64,000 bases of DNA. Origin: Lepidodermella squamata (lineage: Eukaryota > Animalia > Gastrotricha). Shown piece after piece: positions 11,932-24,381 of this stretch; the stretch's first letter is position 1, and each line of letters starts with the position of its first letter. Below the pieces are notes generated by a model that saw only the letters and a program-made list of their open reading frames with translations, was not told the DNA's origin and did no database searches. The stretch lies in NCBI GenBank assembly GCA_047495785.1, contig JBLDXI010000011.1, positions 310,001-374,000 of the forward strand. The letters are read 5' to 3'. Made by a program: the position numbers and the translations under genes.

Positions 11932-12205
11932 TTAATAACGTGACTTCCACGTCGCGCAATAACGCGTTACCATGAACTGCTGCCATGTCCCAGTCTTGCC
12001 ATTCACTTTACAGTAGGTGCCTATTGCCTGACGAGCGAGTTCCTGCGGCTCAGCGGCGAATTCGCGCCCCTGCTCGTTGCCGTTGGTCGGGGCTGTCAGA
12101 GCAACGACAGCGACTACAGCCTGTTGTGGGAAATGAAGACTATATTTCAAGCTGTAAATTGCGCGGTCTCACCAAAACGGCCAAGTAAAGAGCGAGCTTT
12201 GCCAT
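11932..12205 (-). CDS. Divergent paralog of the prepropeptide, 73 aa; exons 12205-12173, 12120-11932
   Basis: MAKLALYLAVL|AVVAVVALTAPTNG...AEPQELAR-QAIGTYCKVNGKTGTWQQFMVTRYCATWKSRY*; same intron position, pro-region motif and C-x17-C spacing. Confidence 0.82.
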
Positions 12206-13010
12206 GTTCTTTTGAGATGCTATGAAGACTAGAAAGAAATTCAAATTTTCTTGAATATGAAAAGTGAATAATGAGCTGAGTATGGTTGCCCATCTCGATG
12301 ATGGCTTTCCCAGTCATGCGGCGAAAAAACCAAATATTGCTGGGCGAGCTAGACAGAGTTCTTGGCTCGAACTTTATTGACTCAGACCCACTGATACAAT
12401 AAAACGGGTAGCCGGCGACCGGTGACGGTATGGGTCTGAACATCAGCCAATTGAACCCATGCTTGTAGGGTTTTCTACATGGACCATTGTGATTTAAGGA
12501 AAAATGTATAGATCCAATAGTAGAGAAATCCAATAGTGTTTTTTGGACTTCTCTATTGCGTCATTTGGAGATTCGCTGTCATATCGATTGCCGATACCAA
12601 TCGCAAATTCGTTCCATATGCTAGTATCATGGTATCAGCTGCGATTCATAGTTGGAGATTCGGCTGGCGAATCGTAAGAGAACGGCTGATAACGTTTCTG
12701 GGTTTTCAGATTAGAAAGGCATGTGCTTAGTAATCGTTCAAAGCGCAGAGGGCTAAGGAAAAAAAGATCTATCAAACAGTAGATAGATTTTTTAATTTCA
12801 ACACTTATTGACAACTGGCAACTAAAGAAGTTGCCTGACCTGCAAAATACGGTTACTGCGAAGCGGGGAATCGCAACAGCCGAGTAAGTAGCAATAAACC
12901 CCCACATTGTAGAGGGATTTCATACAAATCTTTTTAAGTATCAAATATTTAGCGCAATAATTTTTGTGAATTTAAAATGTGCATCACTTCAATTAAAATA
13001 GTTGTGATTT

Positions 13011-13403
13011 TCATAGTTCTCTGATTCTTTTAGCCTGCTGCGCCTTGGATTCGTATTCTTTAGCCATCCTCTCGTAAAGCTCGTTGCTCGTCGGTTGCAA
13101 GTTCGATTGCAGAAGTTCGCGCAGCAATTTAGCAGCCATTGTGAACTCGCCCACTCCCGCAGCTGATTGGGCCATAGTTGATAAGACATCCTCTTCGCTT
13201 TGATAAACCGGCAGGCCTTTCGCTTTCAGCTCATCCATCATGGCCTTGGCTCGCATGCATCCAGCGTAGGCCTCGGCGTACTCTTTGTTGAGGTAGAGCC
13301 GAAACGCATCGTTGAACACCATCATTTCATCTCCCGAATTCAAGGCTGAAACCACTGTTCCGAGGGCTGTTAGAACTACGGCTACAAGATGATGCATTCT
13401 CAT
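13011..13403 (-). CDS. Small secretory-pathway TPR-like helical protein, 130 aa, resembling the peptide-substrate-binding domain of collagen prolyl 4-hydroxylase alpha
   Basis: Signal peptide MRMHHLVAVVLTALGTVVSA; TPR-like Y..KEY..A / DVLSTMAQSA...GEF..AAKLLRELL; ends IREL (KDEL-like); TATA-like ATATAAAA just upstream. Confidence 0.7.
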   Translation of the reverse strand: MRMHHLVAVVLTALGTVVSALNSGDEMMVFNDAFRLYLNKEYAEAYAGCMRAKAMMDELKAKGLPVYQSEEDVLSTMAQSAAGVGEFTMAAKLLRELLQSNLQPTSNELYERMAKEYESKAQQAKRIREL

Positions 13404-14262
13404 GTGGTTTTAATTGCAATTTTATATGAAGGAAAATGTGAATGTCAACAATGGTAAAAGCTGCCTTGTGTAGTAGGTTCTTTGTTTTCACTACGACCCA
13501 TTGATGTGTGTAATTAAAAGCATTTTTTTCATCTGCATTTTAAAAGTTCCTCAACATTATAATTCATATCCAGATATTATATGAACAACTGCGATGTATA
13601 AAAATGAGTATTTCTCTTTACATCTTGTTGCTCAGAAGTCGATTATTTGAAAGAGCTCAACATGTTTCTTTCAATTATGAACAATTTAACGGAAGACAAT
13701 TCGCATTGAGGAGCACCAGCGTAGGGAATAAGGACGCTGGCCTATGTAAATGTGGGTTCAGCGCCTGCTGTAGTCGCCCAACGGTCGTTCGGCGATCCAC
13801 TAATGAGTAAAGAAATTGCTACATACACCCGAGTTCAATTTGAATCGGGGTTCACTGGGACTAGTGATGCATAGAAAAGAGCATAGAGATCAAAGTCGTA
13901 GCTAGTCGTAGGTGGGGGCTCAACACAAGCGTCGTAGTCACCACTCAGTAGTATGTATTTCCACGTAAAATAGCATGCAACGTCCCTTGTAATTCTCCTC
14001 GAGTCAGAGAAGACAGTTGTATGACAATTTGTATGAGCTCTTGCTGAACTGAGTACCGCTTTCCATGATGATATCACCTTCCGCGATAGAAGGTGATTGA
14101 AAACATGGAAGCTATTTATATCTTCCAATTTTATTTCTTCCATACTCACCAGAGAACTGCGCTTTGACGTCATACATCTAAAATGTATCTAAAAATAAAT
14201 GATCTAGTTCAGACGTCATTGCCACTCATCTACTAAAAGAGGAGCTTAGAAACGACGATTTG

Positions 14263-17200
14263 CTAATGCAGTCCGAATGCGTAGAAAGATACATAAACAT
14301 GTACAACGATCATGTAATCTAAAGCGAGTAAGAGAGTAGCTAGATCGCAAGCTCTTAAAACGTTTATGCCAGCCACGAGTCCTTTAGCTACTTTAAGCTC
14401 TCGAAAAATTGGCTGATTTGCGTAGTGGCATGCGACCATTTCGTACATGGCTATAAGGGATGTTAGCCCATTCATTAGCAGCATGTATTTGACCATCAAA
14501 ATTCCCTGGGAAGTCATCGGAATTGCGTTGTAAACTTGTGATTGAGCCACGATTATCGACAAAAGGGCTGTCACGCAAAAAACTGGCCGATCCGAGGATT
14601 CAGGATCTAGAGCCAGGGAACCTACGATTGTCACCATCATAATGACGCAAGGCATCACTAAATTAACAACAAAATGGCCTGATTTACGGTCGAAATGAAG
14701 TTTGATCTTCGCATAACTCGATGAGTTGTTTCTAAGGTACATTGAATGGGCATTACCATGTGAGCTCTTTACGTCCATTCTTTTCCACATATCGCTCTTC
14801 AACTTCTCCAGCCCGGTTATAAACACACCACCAAAACTGAGGTATTCCATAGGTTGTTCGATAAAAAAGGTCAAATCGCAGTTCTGATCATCGAACGGGA
14901 AAGCTCGAAGGTCCAGCTCGCAATCTACTTTGAAGGTCCCAAGTCGGCTCCAATAGAAGTATAAGGTTCGGGTAGGGTATGTCGGAACATAAACGATCTC
15001 CAGTTTATCGGAAAACTTTGTGTTCACAAGAAAGATGTCATGAGACGCGTTCGCGCTGAGAATTTGAGGCTTCCAGAAATCGGATGATTCTCGAACCGAT
15101 AGCAACTCGCTTTTTTCGGCTGAAGGTGCCGTAGTAGAGCTGTCGCAACTCGTAACTACCCATTGAAGATTCAACGATGCGATCAAAGTCATTTGTCGCG
15201 ATTTCGCGTCGATCGAAACAAGGCGATCGACTTCGAATCTTAGATAGATCTTTGTTCCAACATCTGGTGCTTTGTTATGGAAAGATAATTGCGGGCATTT
15301 TAGAAGATCCTCAACTTGAACTGTTGGATACATGTTGCCATCGATGATTTTAGGTATCGGGAATCCTGTTTCGGAGTTGAACGCCAGATTCTCTACTACA
15401 GGCAGCCTTTTCCCAGTTGTAGATGTTAACGCTTTCGGAGTAGAATCAGCCTTGAAAACTGAGATTAGCCCGATGGTGGTATTATTATATTTCGAAGCAG
15501 TCGTAACACTTGTTGAGATTGGAGTTGAACTTTTGGATGAACTCGAAGTCTCAAACCTGCTAGTTGAAGACTCTTTGATAGGTTCAGTAGATGTGAAACT
15601 TCGCAGAATCTCAGTATCAGTTCGAAATGTACTAGAAAGAGTTGTCGAGGGTGATCTAGTCGAAGTCCCAGATGAAGTAGTCGAGCTCGATGAGGTTTGC
15701 GTCGAACTTCTGGTTGAAGTTGAAACCGTTTGAGTGGAGCTTGTAGCAGACGAAGTAGATGGATAGGGTGGGCTCGTTGAACTTAGTGTAGTCGACGTCA
15801 ATGTCGATGTTGCTGGACTCGAGCTGGAAACTTTTGACATTGACGTTGATGAAATTGGACTTGAAGTGGTCGTTTCAGTTGAAGTCATGGTTGAAGTCTC
15901 AGTAGAGGTTGGAACTGTAGCTGAAGGTGTAGCTGTAGTTGAAGCTGTAGTTAAAGCTAACGCGGTAGTTGAAGTTGATGGCGAAGTTGAAGTTGGCGTT
16001 GGAGTTGGAGTCGGGGTGGAACTTGAAATAGATTCTGTGGCTGTCGAAGCTGCAGTCGAAGTAGACGTTGTTGAGGACGATGAGGTTGTGGCAGCCGGAT
16101 CTATTAGGTTGAAGGTGTAAAAGCGTTTTAACAGAAAATCGCCGTCTGAGTTGCCAACAGCAACCATGTAGATCTTCATCTGACCCAAGCTGAGCATATC
16201 TCCGAATCCCAGGACAGAAACGCTTGAATAGCAATTCGAAGGAGCATTCGAGGAGCTCGGGGACATAGCAGCCTGAAAAAATGGGTCGAAATTAGTATTA
16301 CAACCTTAGAAATGAACTTACAGTGATCGTATCATTGTATAGCTGGATAACCATCCGATAGGTTGTGGAGGTCCCAGTGAAAACACTTGCTCCACAGGCT
16401 CCAGAGGAGGAAGCATCGAAGGCCCCAGGCATAACAACGAACGGGTAAGCTGGCACGCCATTTGGCTCGTAGGTAAGATAAGACTTCCCCGCTGGTTTCA
16501 ACTGTTGGAAAATCGCGAGACCAGTAAGAGAACCAAACCCGTTCGGGCAGTTGACGGGATTATTATTTCCTGATCAATGTAAAAGAAGTATGAATTATTA
16601 AATCAAAAATTAATCTAAGAAATTTCTTAAAATTGTGTTATTTCATCCAACATGAACCTAAGTCATCTAAATCCTAAATCTTTAGTTTCAGGTTTCCAGC
16701 ACCATGCAATTCAGTATCGCGAACCCAAAGACATCGAAAAGGGCTTGAAAGTGAAAGGTACAGGGTATCTCTGTGATCCAGAATAGCGGCCAGAAGTCAT
16801 TAGTAGAAATGGGCTCTTATTTCTACATTTTTTTATGATTGAGTATTTTGGAGTATTCTTAGTAGCTTTGCACTGGGAAGATTTTAATGCGGGACAATAA
16901 TTCTTCATTATTTACCAAAGGCCGGCAATGTAGAGCTGATACCCATGCCATACCACGCGCTGCTTGATAGCAGGGCATAATTCGATTTGGCTTCGTACTC
17001 GATGCGAAATTCTCGCAAGCCGATCGGCAAACTCGCAATGAACCACATTGTACCGGCGCAGAATAACAGAGACTGTGCGCCCGTCATGGTTGTAAGCTGG
17101 TAGCCATCACCAGGACTGATGAGAGTGCCTAAATCTGTACCTGCGCCGGACGGATTCGGCGTCACGCTTGAATTGGCGCCATCAAATGATAGCGAGCTCA

Positions 17201-17318
17201 AATACACAGCGTTATAATTCGACATAGGCAGCGGCATTAGGTTTAGGTTAGGAGTAGGGTCCAAAGATAGACATATCTTGCTAAAGCTGAAAATCCACAA
17301 AACTAGGAGGGCTTTCAT
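14263..17318 (-). CDS. Gene A: signal peptide + L-type lectin-like domain + Ser/Thr stalk + Cys-loop ligand-gated ion channel subunit (~886 aa); exons 17318-16916, 16569-16322, 16272-14263
   Basis: GT-AG junctions join in frame. Cys-loop CELDLRAFPFDDQNC, WKPQI motif, four TM helices with M2 DRPVFCVTALLS. Stalk and channel lie in one 2-kb open exon. Confidence 0.88.
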
Positions 17319-18753
17319 GATTTCGAAAAAAAATGTTTGAATGTCAGCAGAAGTTGAATCATTGGATTTCGCAAAGGAATCGATGAGCTAGTGGACACTT
17401 TAAAATTCTAGCGAGATGTTAATGAAGTGAGCGTATTTCGATCAGTTGGCGGTGTCAGAAGCCTCGACATCGCCCTTGCTTTTTGGAGGCTTTATTACTC
17501 TAGCGTGTAGTTGACAGGTTGCGCTGCAGTGAAAATCCTTTCTATTATTGTTGATATGCTGTCACGCGAATGTTTAGGGCGTCGACCATCTTGACAATTT
17601 ATCCAACCTCAACCTCATCGGTATGTTATAAATTTGACTGGAATGAGCCGCAAACAGAAGAAAGTTTTGAACGCGCCAGCGAATTAAAAAAATCGTTATA
17701 ACCTTTTCGTGGTGAACTCACGCACTTGCTCACTGACGTAATCAGTGTCCAGTGTTAAAAGAGGTAAAACTGAAACATTTCAAGTCTATCGATTTCGAGC
17801 GCAGGACAGAAAACAGCAGACATTTTTTTGCCGCTGCTCGCTGACGCAAATCTAGAATCAACGGTTCGCTGTTCGCTGGATGTCGAATTTGTCATTGCAC
17901 TAGCTAAACTACAAAATAGAATCTAGAATGCCTTTTCACTAGTGAACATTTTACTAAAAATGCTAAATATTATATTACCTCGTATTTTCGCAATATTTAG
18001 TCATTTCAGTTTACATGAAAGTCTGTAGTAGAAGTTTTATTCAATTTAGCCAATTACAGCTTACAGCTTCCTAACGTCATCTATCGAGGAAAAATCAGAA
18101 ATTAACTATGCTTCAAAAACTAAGTATCAACTTTATACCCATGTTACGTCGATTTCGCGAGTTACGAGCTTCTTAACAGCTTCGTAATCTTTACCACCAT
18201 GCAGTTGATGGCAATGAAAAACTCGGATCCTAGCGTGTTTATACGTTACTGTGGAGGTGACAGGTGTCAAGTAAAAGCGCCGCTGTTTTTTTCCCTCTTC
18301 TTCACGTAAAAATGCTCAGCTTCTACTATTCATCCATCACATTTAAGCTTGAATCTGTCGTGAACAATTTGAACTTTTGCCTGTACTTTTGAATGTTTTA
18401 GAGCGTTTGCTTGAATTAGTGTATGACGAATTTTCAGCTATTCTCTGAGTTAAGAGTTAAAGAACTGGTATACTTTAAATTTTCAAAACATCACGACGCC
18501 ATCAATCGAAATTGCGCAGTAAGAAAAATATATTTTCTCTTTTTTTTATTATTCCAGCGTGGATTGCATTGATTTTTGTTTCCATTAACGCATTGAACCC
18601 AATACGGGATTGCTGCCAGGACAATTACACTCGGGATAACGTATTTCGATCAACACATCAATCACGTATGTTATTTTATTCAAATGTTTCAAAACAAACA
18701 GCAGGTGATTGATGGCATTTTGAGCATTTAAAAACAGGGGTAAGTACACAGCT

Positions 18754-21700
18754 TCAAAGTGCTACGAGACTGACGTAGATATGAACCGCGACCAAATAAT
18801 CGATAGCCAGGAGGAATGTTACAAAATCACAAGCTCGAATGAGCGTCATGCCAGGCATCAAACGGCCGGATATTTTTAAGAGTCGAAAATTCGGGATATC
18901 AGCAAGATGGCACGCTATCATTTCGTAAAAAGCGACCAGAGCTGTTAACCCCGTCATCAGCATTATATATTTCGCCATTAAGATGCCCTGAGAAGTTTTC
19001 GGGACCCCGTTCAAGACTTGAGATTGGGCCACGGTGATAGCTAGTAGGATTGTTACGCAGAAAACAGGCCGATCCGGTAGATCGGGTTCCATCACGAAAG
19101 ACCCTAAAACCATGCCAATCAGTACGAAGCAAGGTACCATTAGGTTCACGACGAAATGCCCTGGTTTTCGGTCGAATCTCATCTTGATCGAGGCGTAGCT
19201 CGATGTTGAATTTCTCAGCAGTAGGGATTGCGTTGTTCCGTGGGAACTTTCGACCTTACCAGCCTTCCACATATCACTATCAAGCCGTTGCAGGCCGGAT
19301 AGATGGATTCCGCCGAAGCTCAAGTACTCATTGGGTTGTTCTGTTATGAAGGTCAACTCGCAGGTTTCATGATCGAACGGGAAAGCTCGGAGGTCCAGTT
19401 CGCAATCTGCCTTGAAGGTTCCAAGACGGCTCCAGTAGAAATACAAAGTTCGGGTAGGTTTGGTTGGCATGAAAACAACTTCCATCCTCTCGGAAAATTT
19501 GCTCTTTTCGAGAAAAATATCACCAGATGAATTTGCGCTGAGAACCTGGGGATGCCAGAATTTTGACTCCTCGCGAATGTAAAGCCGTTCACTAACATCA
19601 ACCCCAGGAACGGTTGTAGCGCTATCGCAAAGCATCGATACCCATTGGATGCTCATCGAAGCTATCAAATCTAGCTGTTTTGACATGGTGTCAATCGCAA
19701 TGAGCCTCTCAACCTCGAAGTTCAAGTACAGCTTCAAATTAGGCTCGGGAGATTTGTTCTCAGGGGCGAGAAATGGACAATTTAGAAGGTCGTCAACCTT
19801 CAAAGCGGGATACATGTTCCCATCAATTATTTTGGGGATAGGGAACCCGGTTTCTTCATTGAGGATTGGAACTTCCATCTCACCAGCTTCAACAGTAGTT
19901 GATATAGATACAGATGCGACGGTTGAAGTTGGGATGGAGTTTTGCAAAGTAGTTGTAGAGCTCGACAAAGTAGTTGCAGAGCTCGATTTCGAGATTGGAG
20001 CTTGAGAGGTCGAAGATAGCGATGTTTTAGAGCTTTGGGAAGTTGAAGTCGAAGTCGAGGTGGTCGACGAGGTTCCTAAAGAGGAGGACGAGATTGTTGG
20101 TGATGTTCCCATAGAGGGCGTCGAGGAAACCCCAGTCGATTGGCTTTGACTGGTTGAAGGTCGGCTAGTCGACGATGAGGATCCAATCGAGGTAAAAGTA
20201 CTGGTCAAGGTCGAGAGGCTCGAGGTTGAGATCCCAGTAGCTGTAGGTGTGGCGCTTGAACTGGAACTTGAGTTTGGTGTTGTAGCGCTCGAAGTTGTAG
20301 TAGATTTTGAAGTTGAGGTCGATTGAGAACTTGATGCACTACTAATAACAGAACTTGGATTCGACATACTTGTTGATGGAGTTGAACTCGAAGTTGAAGA
20401 AGTCGAATCTGTTGAGGTCGAACTATGGATTGGAGTTGTCGTAGATGTTGTTGTAGATGCAGTTGAAGAGCTGCTAGATTCAAATGTCGATGTTGATGTG
20501 GTCGGTGTAGTACTAGTTGTTGTTGTTGTTGTTGTTGTTGTTGATGTTGATGGCGATGTTGTTGTGGTTGAGGTCGTCGTTGTCGATGTTGTTGAAGTTG
20601 TAGTAGTAGCTGAATCCATCAGTTTGAATAGGTAGTAGCGTTTCAGTAGTAAATCTCCGTCGTCGTTGCCAACCGCTGTCATATAGATGCGAATCGCGCC
20701 ACTGCTTAACATTGCCCCGAATCCAGGAACTGAAACGCTCGAGTAGCAAGTCGACGGCGCATTCGAGCCGCTCGGTGACATTGCAGCCTGAACAATAGAA
20801 AACATTACGATCAATATTTCGTATTTTCCAGCGATTTTCCGTTTTCCGCTGAATAACGTCTGGTGATACCAAGATCCGAGATGCATTCATTTGAAAACTT
20901 TCATTTTGGTTCGAAGACCGCATAAAGTGTCAAAAGTAGCCTTTTGATGTTATAAGCACATACAGCCCTCAAATTTACAAAAAACGCCCACTTTTCCCCT
21001 CGCAATTACTGCGCAATCATTGTCCTAAGCGGGGTCCTGAACTGAGCAAATCAAAACAGAAAGGGGCGCAAAATTAAACGCGACTAGCGTGACTATTTTG
21101 GTTTCTTTCATTTTATGCATATTTTTCTGATTGATTCATCAAACTTGGGGTCATTTTTTTAAATAATTTTCCGTTTTACACGTCACCCTTATTTTATAGC
21201 TGAAATGCTAATTTTCAAAGGCTTGACATAGTTATTCGTGAGTTCAAAATTGTCAATTAAAAATTTACGTATCGGGATTTGTACTCCCATTGTACTCCCA
21301 GGCATTGAGCTAGCGTGTTATTTTTCATGCTTTTTTAACCTGTAATTTTTGAATCAATATCGTGCTTGCCTGTCATGGTCCGCAGTACATTAGCAATCAG
21401 CTTGTACAACGTCATGTAAAAAAATGTATTGCCAGGCAACCGGAAAACTATTTCAACGATGAGTTCACAAGCGTCCTAGAATGAAGGCCATGTCTGAATG
21501 AAGCGCCGATACAGTTTGCTTATTTTACTATTGAAAAAGCTATTCGACGAAGGGATAAAGTGAATTCATTATCGAATTTTGTACCTAAATATTCCAATCA
21601 GTACCAAATCCCCAATATCAAGACCCAGTCTCTAGCCCTAACCCTAAAACCCAACCCTATCTATTTAAATAAGCGAATAAAATGGCTAGGTATTGAATAA

Positions 21701-22491
21701 CATAAAATTTGGCAACGCAGTAAGATTACACAAGCATTTCCTGCCGCTAAATTTTCGGTACTTACGGTTATTGTGTCGTTCACGAGCTGTATCACCATTC
21801 GATAGGTGGTAGCTGTTCCCGTGAAAACGCTAGCTCCACAAGCCCCCGCCGATGAGGCATCAGCCGCCCCAGGCATGACAACGTACGGCAAAGCTGGTGT
21901 CCCATTTGGCTTGTAAGTGATATAAGACTTGCCGGCTGGCTTCAGTTGCTGAAAAATTGCGCAGCCCGTTAGCAAACTAAATCCATTAGGACAGCCACTA
22001 ACTAAATTTCCTGCAAAGGAAAATCATGAAAATTATAGGAAATTATTTAGAAGAGGTTGAAAACGAGGAAAGTAATTTCTGGAGTATTTTGGCAAAAACC
22101 AACCGTATAAAGGTGTAGTTGAGCTGAAAAACATGCCAAACCAAGCATTGGCTGATGATGTTGAATAATCAGCCTGAGCTTCGTATTCAACTCGAAATTC
22201 CTTCAACCCGGCGGGTACGTATAAATTGTACCACATAGTGCCCATACAAAACAGCAGCGATTGAAGGCCAGTCATTGTGTTCAGCTGATAGCCGGACCCA
22301 GATCCAAGGAGGGTCCCTAAATCCGTCCCGATCCCGCCGACATTCGGCGTAACGCTTGAGTTTGTGGCGTCAAATGAAAGATAGCTGATGTAGGAAGCGT
22401 TGTAGAACGGCGTTGGCAGGGCCATCAAGTTCAAATTTGGGGATGGGTCTGCTGCGAAGCCTATTTTAAACAAGGGTAAACATAAAATCAA
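18754..22491 (-). CDS. Gene B: paralog of A (lectin-like + stalk + Cys-loop channel); exons ~22491-22104, 22010-21766, 20787-18754; first coding exon not located
   Basis: Same intron positions and phases as gene A; Cys-loop CELDLRAFPFDHETC; M2 DRPVFCVTILLA. Confidence 0.85.
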
Positions 22492-23214
22492 CTAAATTTT
22501 CCGTAATCTTACAGAAGAAAATGATAGTTGAGGCCTGAGACGCAGCAACGCAGGATAACACGATTAGTCGCCACATTTCGTTCGAATGATCAAGTTTTTT
22601 CGCCTGAAGCTGCTCGACGTCGATTAGCGAGAGCAAGCGTCACGTGTCCCTTAGAGCCATTAGGTCATCAAATTTTCATGGCATTGACGTCGCGCCGCAT
22701 GTTAAGTGCATGTTATTTTTGTCGGCATAATATGGACATAATGCCTAGTTGTTCGGAATTTCCTCTCCAATTATTTATTATTTATCGCATGCTTTGCTTT
22801 CGTTTCACAAACAATGCCCTCCTTCGAGTCTGTGTTTTCACGTCCGCGATGCGTTGCCTTGCGACCGGCAACATCTGAGATTCATGAAATTTAGAATAAA
22901 CCTGCCGGGTTTTGCCAGTCTCTGCGCAGACGTCTGTTAGCGTATTTCCTTTTGCTCTGGCCTTGGGCGAATGAATTTGTCTGTTGTCTGGCGCTCGAGC
23001 CGTCTGAAGTCTGATTAGGTTCGAAACCTGGGATTTCGTCGAATACTGAGAAGACAGAAGACAAATTGTAGAGTCATTTCGCTCATCCATCTCATTTTTG
23101 TTTCAATATTTTGGAGTGAGTTTTTAAATTATCACCCCTTCCTCATACCTCGAACACAATGTTTTTAATAACGAAACAGTTTTACTTTATTTTCAACCTG
23201 CCCCATTTAAACGA

Positions 23215-24381
23215 CTAGAGTAACCGATGAAGACCCAAATCGATAAGCCATATCAGCCAGGCCAAAGTCACTGAAGCAGGCTCTACAAAGTAATACGAAG
23301 TGCTTGACGATGACCACGAGTTAATCCACAAGTAAATCACGCATCCCATTAACAAAATACTAGAAACTATTCGCAGGTAAAAATTCAACCTAGCCTGAAA
23401 GCGATTCGCGTAAAATTTCACAGAAATAGGCAAAAGGAATGAAATGATAGCTAAATGAATGCCCAGACACGGAAACAAAACTTGAGGCATAACCACCAAA
23501 TTTTCCAACTTTGACATCCGGTTTTGATGTTCAACAACCCGAGTATCATTGTTATACAAATCATAGAAGAAAATTCGAAGCGAGACAAAGCCTATGATGA
23601 GAACGCTGAGTGCGTAGTGAAGAAGTTTTAGCCAAAATCCATGTTTTTCGCTCATTTCGGCTCGGTAAACAGGGAGATCTTGGCATAAATTTACAGGATC
23701 AGAGCTATTTTCGATATAATACCATCTTTGACACCGACCGACAACTATAAGAATTACGAAAGTAACAGGCGTGATTACTAACAGGGCAATTTCTATCGAG
23801 GTGAAAAAAACTGAACTCGGGAAATACAGGAAATCGTTAGATGCGACAATAACTATGATGAACAATGTGTAGCCAGCAAAAAAAGCCGCAAATTCAACGA
23901 GATACCAAGCTCTTAGCCACCTGAATTTGCGCGAAGAGCAGACGTACCATTGGGGCAGGATGTAGATTGAAAAAGCAAGATGTATCAAGGCGGATAAAAT
24001 GTATACGCAGTTGGATTTAATATCGCCGTAACAACTTGAGATGCAATCGCTGGTGGCGCAGAATTTCATGCAATCCGAGTCGACGTAGTAATAGTAGCAA
24101 AAAGTTAGGACTAGGGCGAAGTAAGTCACGGCGCCGATCAAATTCAAAGTTTTAGCTATCACAACTGTCGCCTTCATTTCGAACAAGGTTTGCTGATGGG
24201 CCATTTCGCGATCACTCAGAGGTCGCGGTATTTCGCGCTGTTGAATCGCTTGAGATACTGCTGGCATTGGCTCCGGATTGGACACTACTGCTGGCGGGGA
24301 GTAGCTTGGTGGAGGGTCCAGCTGTAAGTTCGGATCGTGCCCGTATTCGGGCGGTAATTTCACGGAAGCTGGAGCATACAT
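23215..24381 (-). CDS. PPxY 8-TM membrane protein family member P1 (388 aa, single exon)
   Basis: N-terminal LPPEY...PPPSY, about eight hydrophobic segments, Cys-rich first extracellular loop, C-terminal YYFVEP...DLGLHR shared with paralogs. Confidence 0.85.
   Translation of the reverse strand: MYAPASVKLPPEYGHDPNLQLDPPPSYSPPAVVSNPEPMPAVSQAIQQREIPRPLSDREMAHQQTLFEMKATVVIAKTLNLIGAVTYFALVLTFCYYYYVDSDCMKFCATSDCISSCYGDIKSNCVYILSALIHLAFSIYILPQWYVCSSRKFRWLRAWYLVEFAAFFAGYTLFIIVIVASNDFLYFPSSVFFTSIEIALLVITPVTFVILIVVGRCQRWYYIENSSDPVNLCQDLPVYRAEMSEKHGFWLKLLHYALSVLIIGFVSLRIFFYDLYNNDTRVVEHQNRMSKLENLVVMPQVLFPCLGIHLAIISFLLPISVKFYANRFQARLNFYLRIVSSILLMGCVIYLWINSWSSSSTSYYFVEPASVTLAWLIWLIDLGLHRLL

Noticed and set aside
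13835-14173. 112-aa minus-strand ORF downstream of gene A
   Set aside because: No motif, paralog, signal peptide or splice support.
15332-16120. Val/Glu-rich plus-strand ORFs (also 29711-30619, 47626-47910, 56424-56771)
   Set aside because: Antisense shadows of the Ser/Thr stalk codons on the minus strand.
20788-20886. N-terminal extension MHLGSWY... of the 710-aa ORF
   Set aside because: Lies upstream of a ttcag acceptor equivalent to that of gene A; intronic read-through.
21635-21660. ccctaaccctaa telomere-like sequence
   Set aside because: Only 2-3 degenerate units inside an intron; not an array.
23215-24381. Calling the PPxY family GPCRs
   Set aside because: About eight hydrophobic segments, a cytoplasmic-type PPxY N-tail and no DRY/NPxxY-like motifs.
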